64,000 nt of DNA, from the NCBI GenBank assembly GCA_964385825.1, contig CAYLPX010000004.1, positions 4,986 through 68,985 on the forward strand, given 5' to 3'. Each line of letters starts with the position of its first letter. Position 1 is the first letter of the stretch. The DNA is from an uncultured Candidatus Saccharibacteria bacterium (GTDB lineage: Bacteria > Patescibacteriota > Minisyncoccia > Phycocordibacterales > JAKFXT01). This document shows, piece after piece, positions 63,437 through 64,000 of this stretch. The notes below the pieces were generated by a model. It made no database searches, was not told where the DNA came from, and saw nothing but the letters and a program-made list of their open reading frames with translations. Position numbers and translations under genes: made by a program.

Positions 63437-64000
63437 CTATGCCTGATGCTCTATATCAAGCTTCTTTTTTGGAGTAATGCCATTAGTGATAAGAATTTTC
63501 TCAAAGTCATCACGTTCTATAGTTTCAACATCCATGAGGACCTTAGCAATATGATCAAGGGCCTTACGATGTGTGGTGAGTATTTCTTCACCCTTTTTGT
63601 AGGCCTCATCGATAATACGTGATACTTCTGCATCGATTTCACTTGATACTTTCTCTGAATACGAACGCTCTTCAGCTCCCCGCCCAAGCAGAATCTGCCC
63701 ACCATCACTTTCCATAGCAACTGGTCCCATTTTCTCTGACATACCAAAACGAGTTACCATGCTCCGTGCGAGCGAGGTTAACACCTGCAAATCATTAGAA
63801 GGACCAGTAGTTAAATCACCAAAAACCATTTTCTCAGCAATATATCCACCGAGTGATACCGCAATGTCGTCCAAGAATTCACGTTTTGACTGCATCTTCC
63901 TATCCTCAAGTGGAAGGTGGAGCGTGTATCCAGCAGCACGACCACGAGAGATGATAGAAATCTTATGTACCGGATCAGCATACGGCAACACTGAAGCAAT
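63437..64000 (-). CDS. ftsH: ATP-dependent zinc metalloprotease FtsH, C-terminal (M41 peptidase) part; the gene continues past the window end
   Basis: ISIISRGRAAGYT...VTRFGMSEKMGP...EIDAEVSRIIDEAYK is characteristic of the FtsH protease domain. Confidence 0.8.
   Translation of the reverse strand: MASVLPYADPVHKISIISRGRAAGYTLHLPLEDRKMQSKREFLDDIAVSLGGYIAEKMVFGDLTTGPSNDLQVLTSLARSMVTRFGMSEKMGPVAMESDGGQILLGRGAEERSYSEKVSSEIDAEVSRIIDEAYKKGEEILTTHRKALDHIAKVLMDVETIERDDFEKILITNGITPKKKLDIEHQA

Overview
This is a low-GC bacterial chromosome segment. Its gene content suggests a small-genome, CPR/Patescibacteria-like organism: a large type IV pilus/competence locus with eight pilin-like genes, GatCA, LigA, RecG, FtsH and several tRNAs, one of them intron-containing. 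All calls were made by eye from the sequence and the ORF track; no searches were run.

Three accessory regions stand out.

1. Island 1 (~9.4 kb, 3338..12705). It is bounded by a perfect 21-bp direct repeat of the tRNA-Asp 3' end. It ends in a large serine recombinase whose ORF reads into the tRNA. It carries a csoR-copA copper-resistance operon with a CsoR operator palindrome, plus unknown and Rep-like cargo.

2. Island 2 (~11 kb, 32546..43466). It sits at the tRNA-Ser 3' end, has visibly higher GC, and is bounded by a homologous serine recombinase. It carries a Type III R-M system preceded by an Xis-like HTH gene and a PD-(D/E)xK-like gene, and a divergent single-polypeptide OLD-family ATPase+Toprim nuclease. 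It ends near an inverted, insertion-bearing tRNA-Ser 3' fragment.

3. An AT-rich ~12 kb block after a tRNA with a UAU anticodon (47.1..59.3 kb). It encodes a YcaO-centred RiPP-like cluster: a Cys/Ser/Pro/Asp-rich precursor candidate, YcaO, a SagB-type dehydrogenase, two paralogous 2OG-oxygenase-like genes, SDR, rhodanese, FAD oxidase and an AMP-ligase. A MacAB/HlyD-type exporter lies beside it. A 0.65-kb strongly GC-rich secreted-protein gene is embedded in the block.

Other oddities are a tRNA-Thr(GGU) split by a ~193-nt intron with an adjacent LAGLIDADG-like ORF, a 28-bp perfect hairpin nested in a tRNA-like palindromic region, and a 31-bp perfect direct repeat flanking a small gene.
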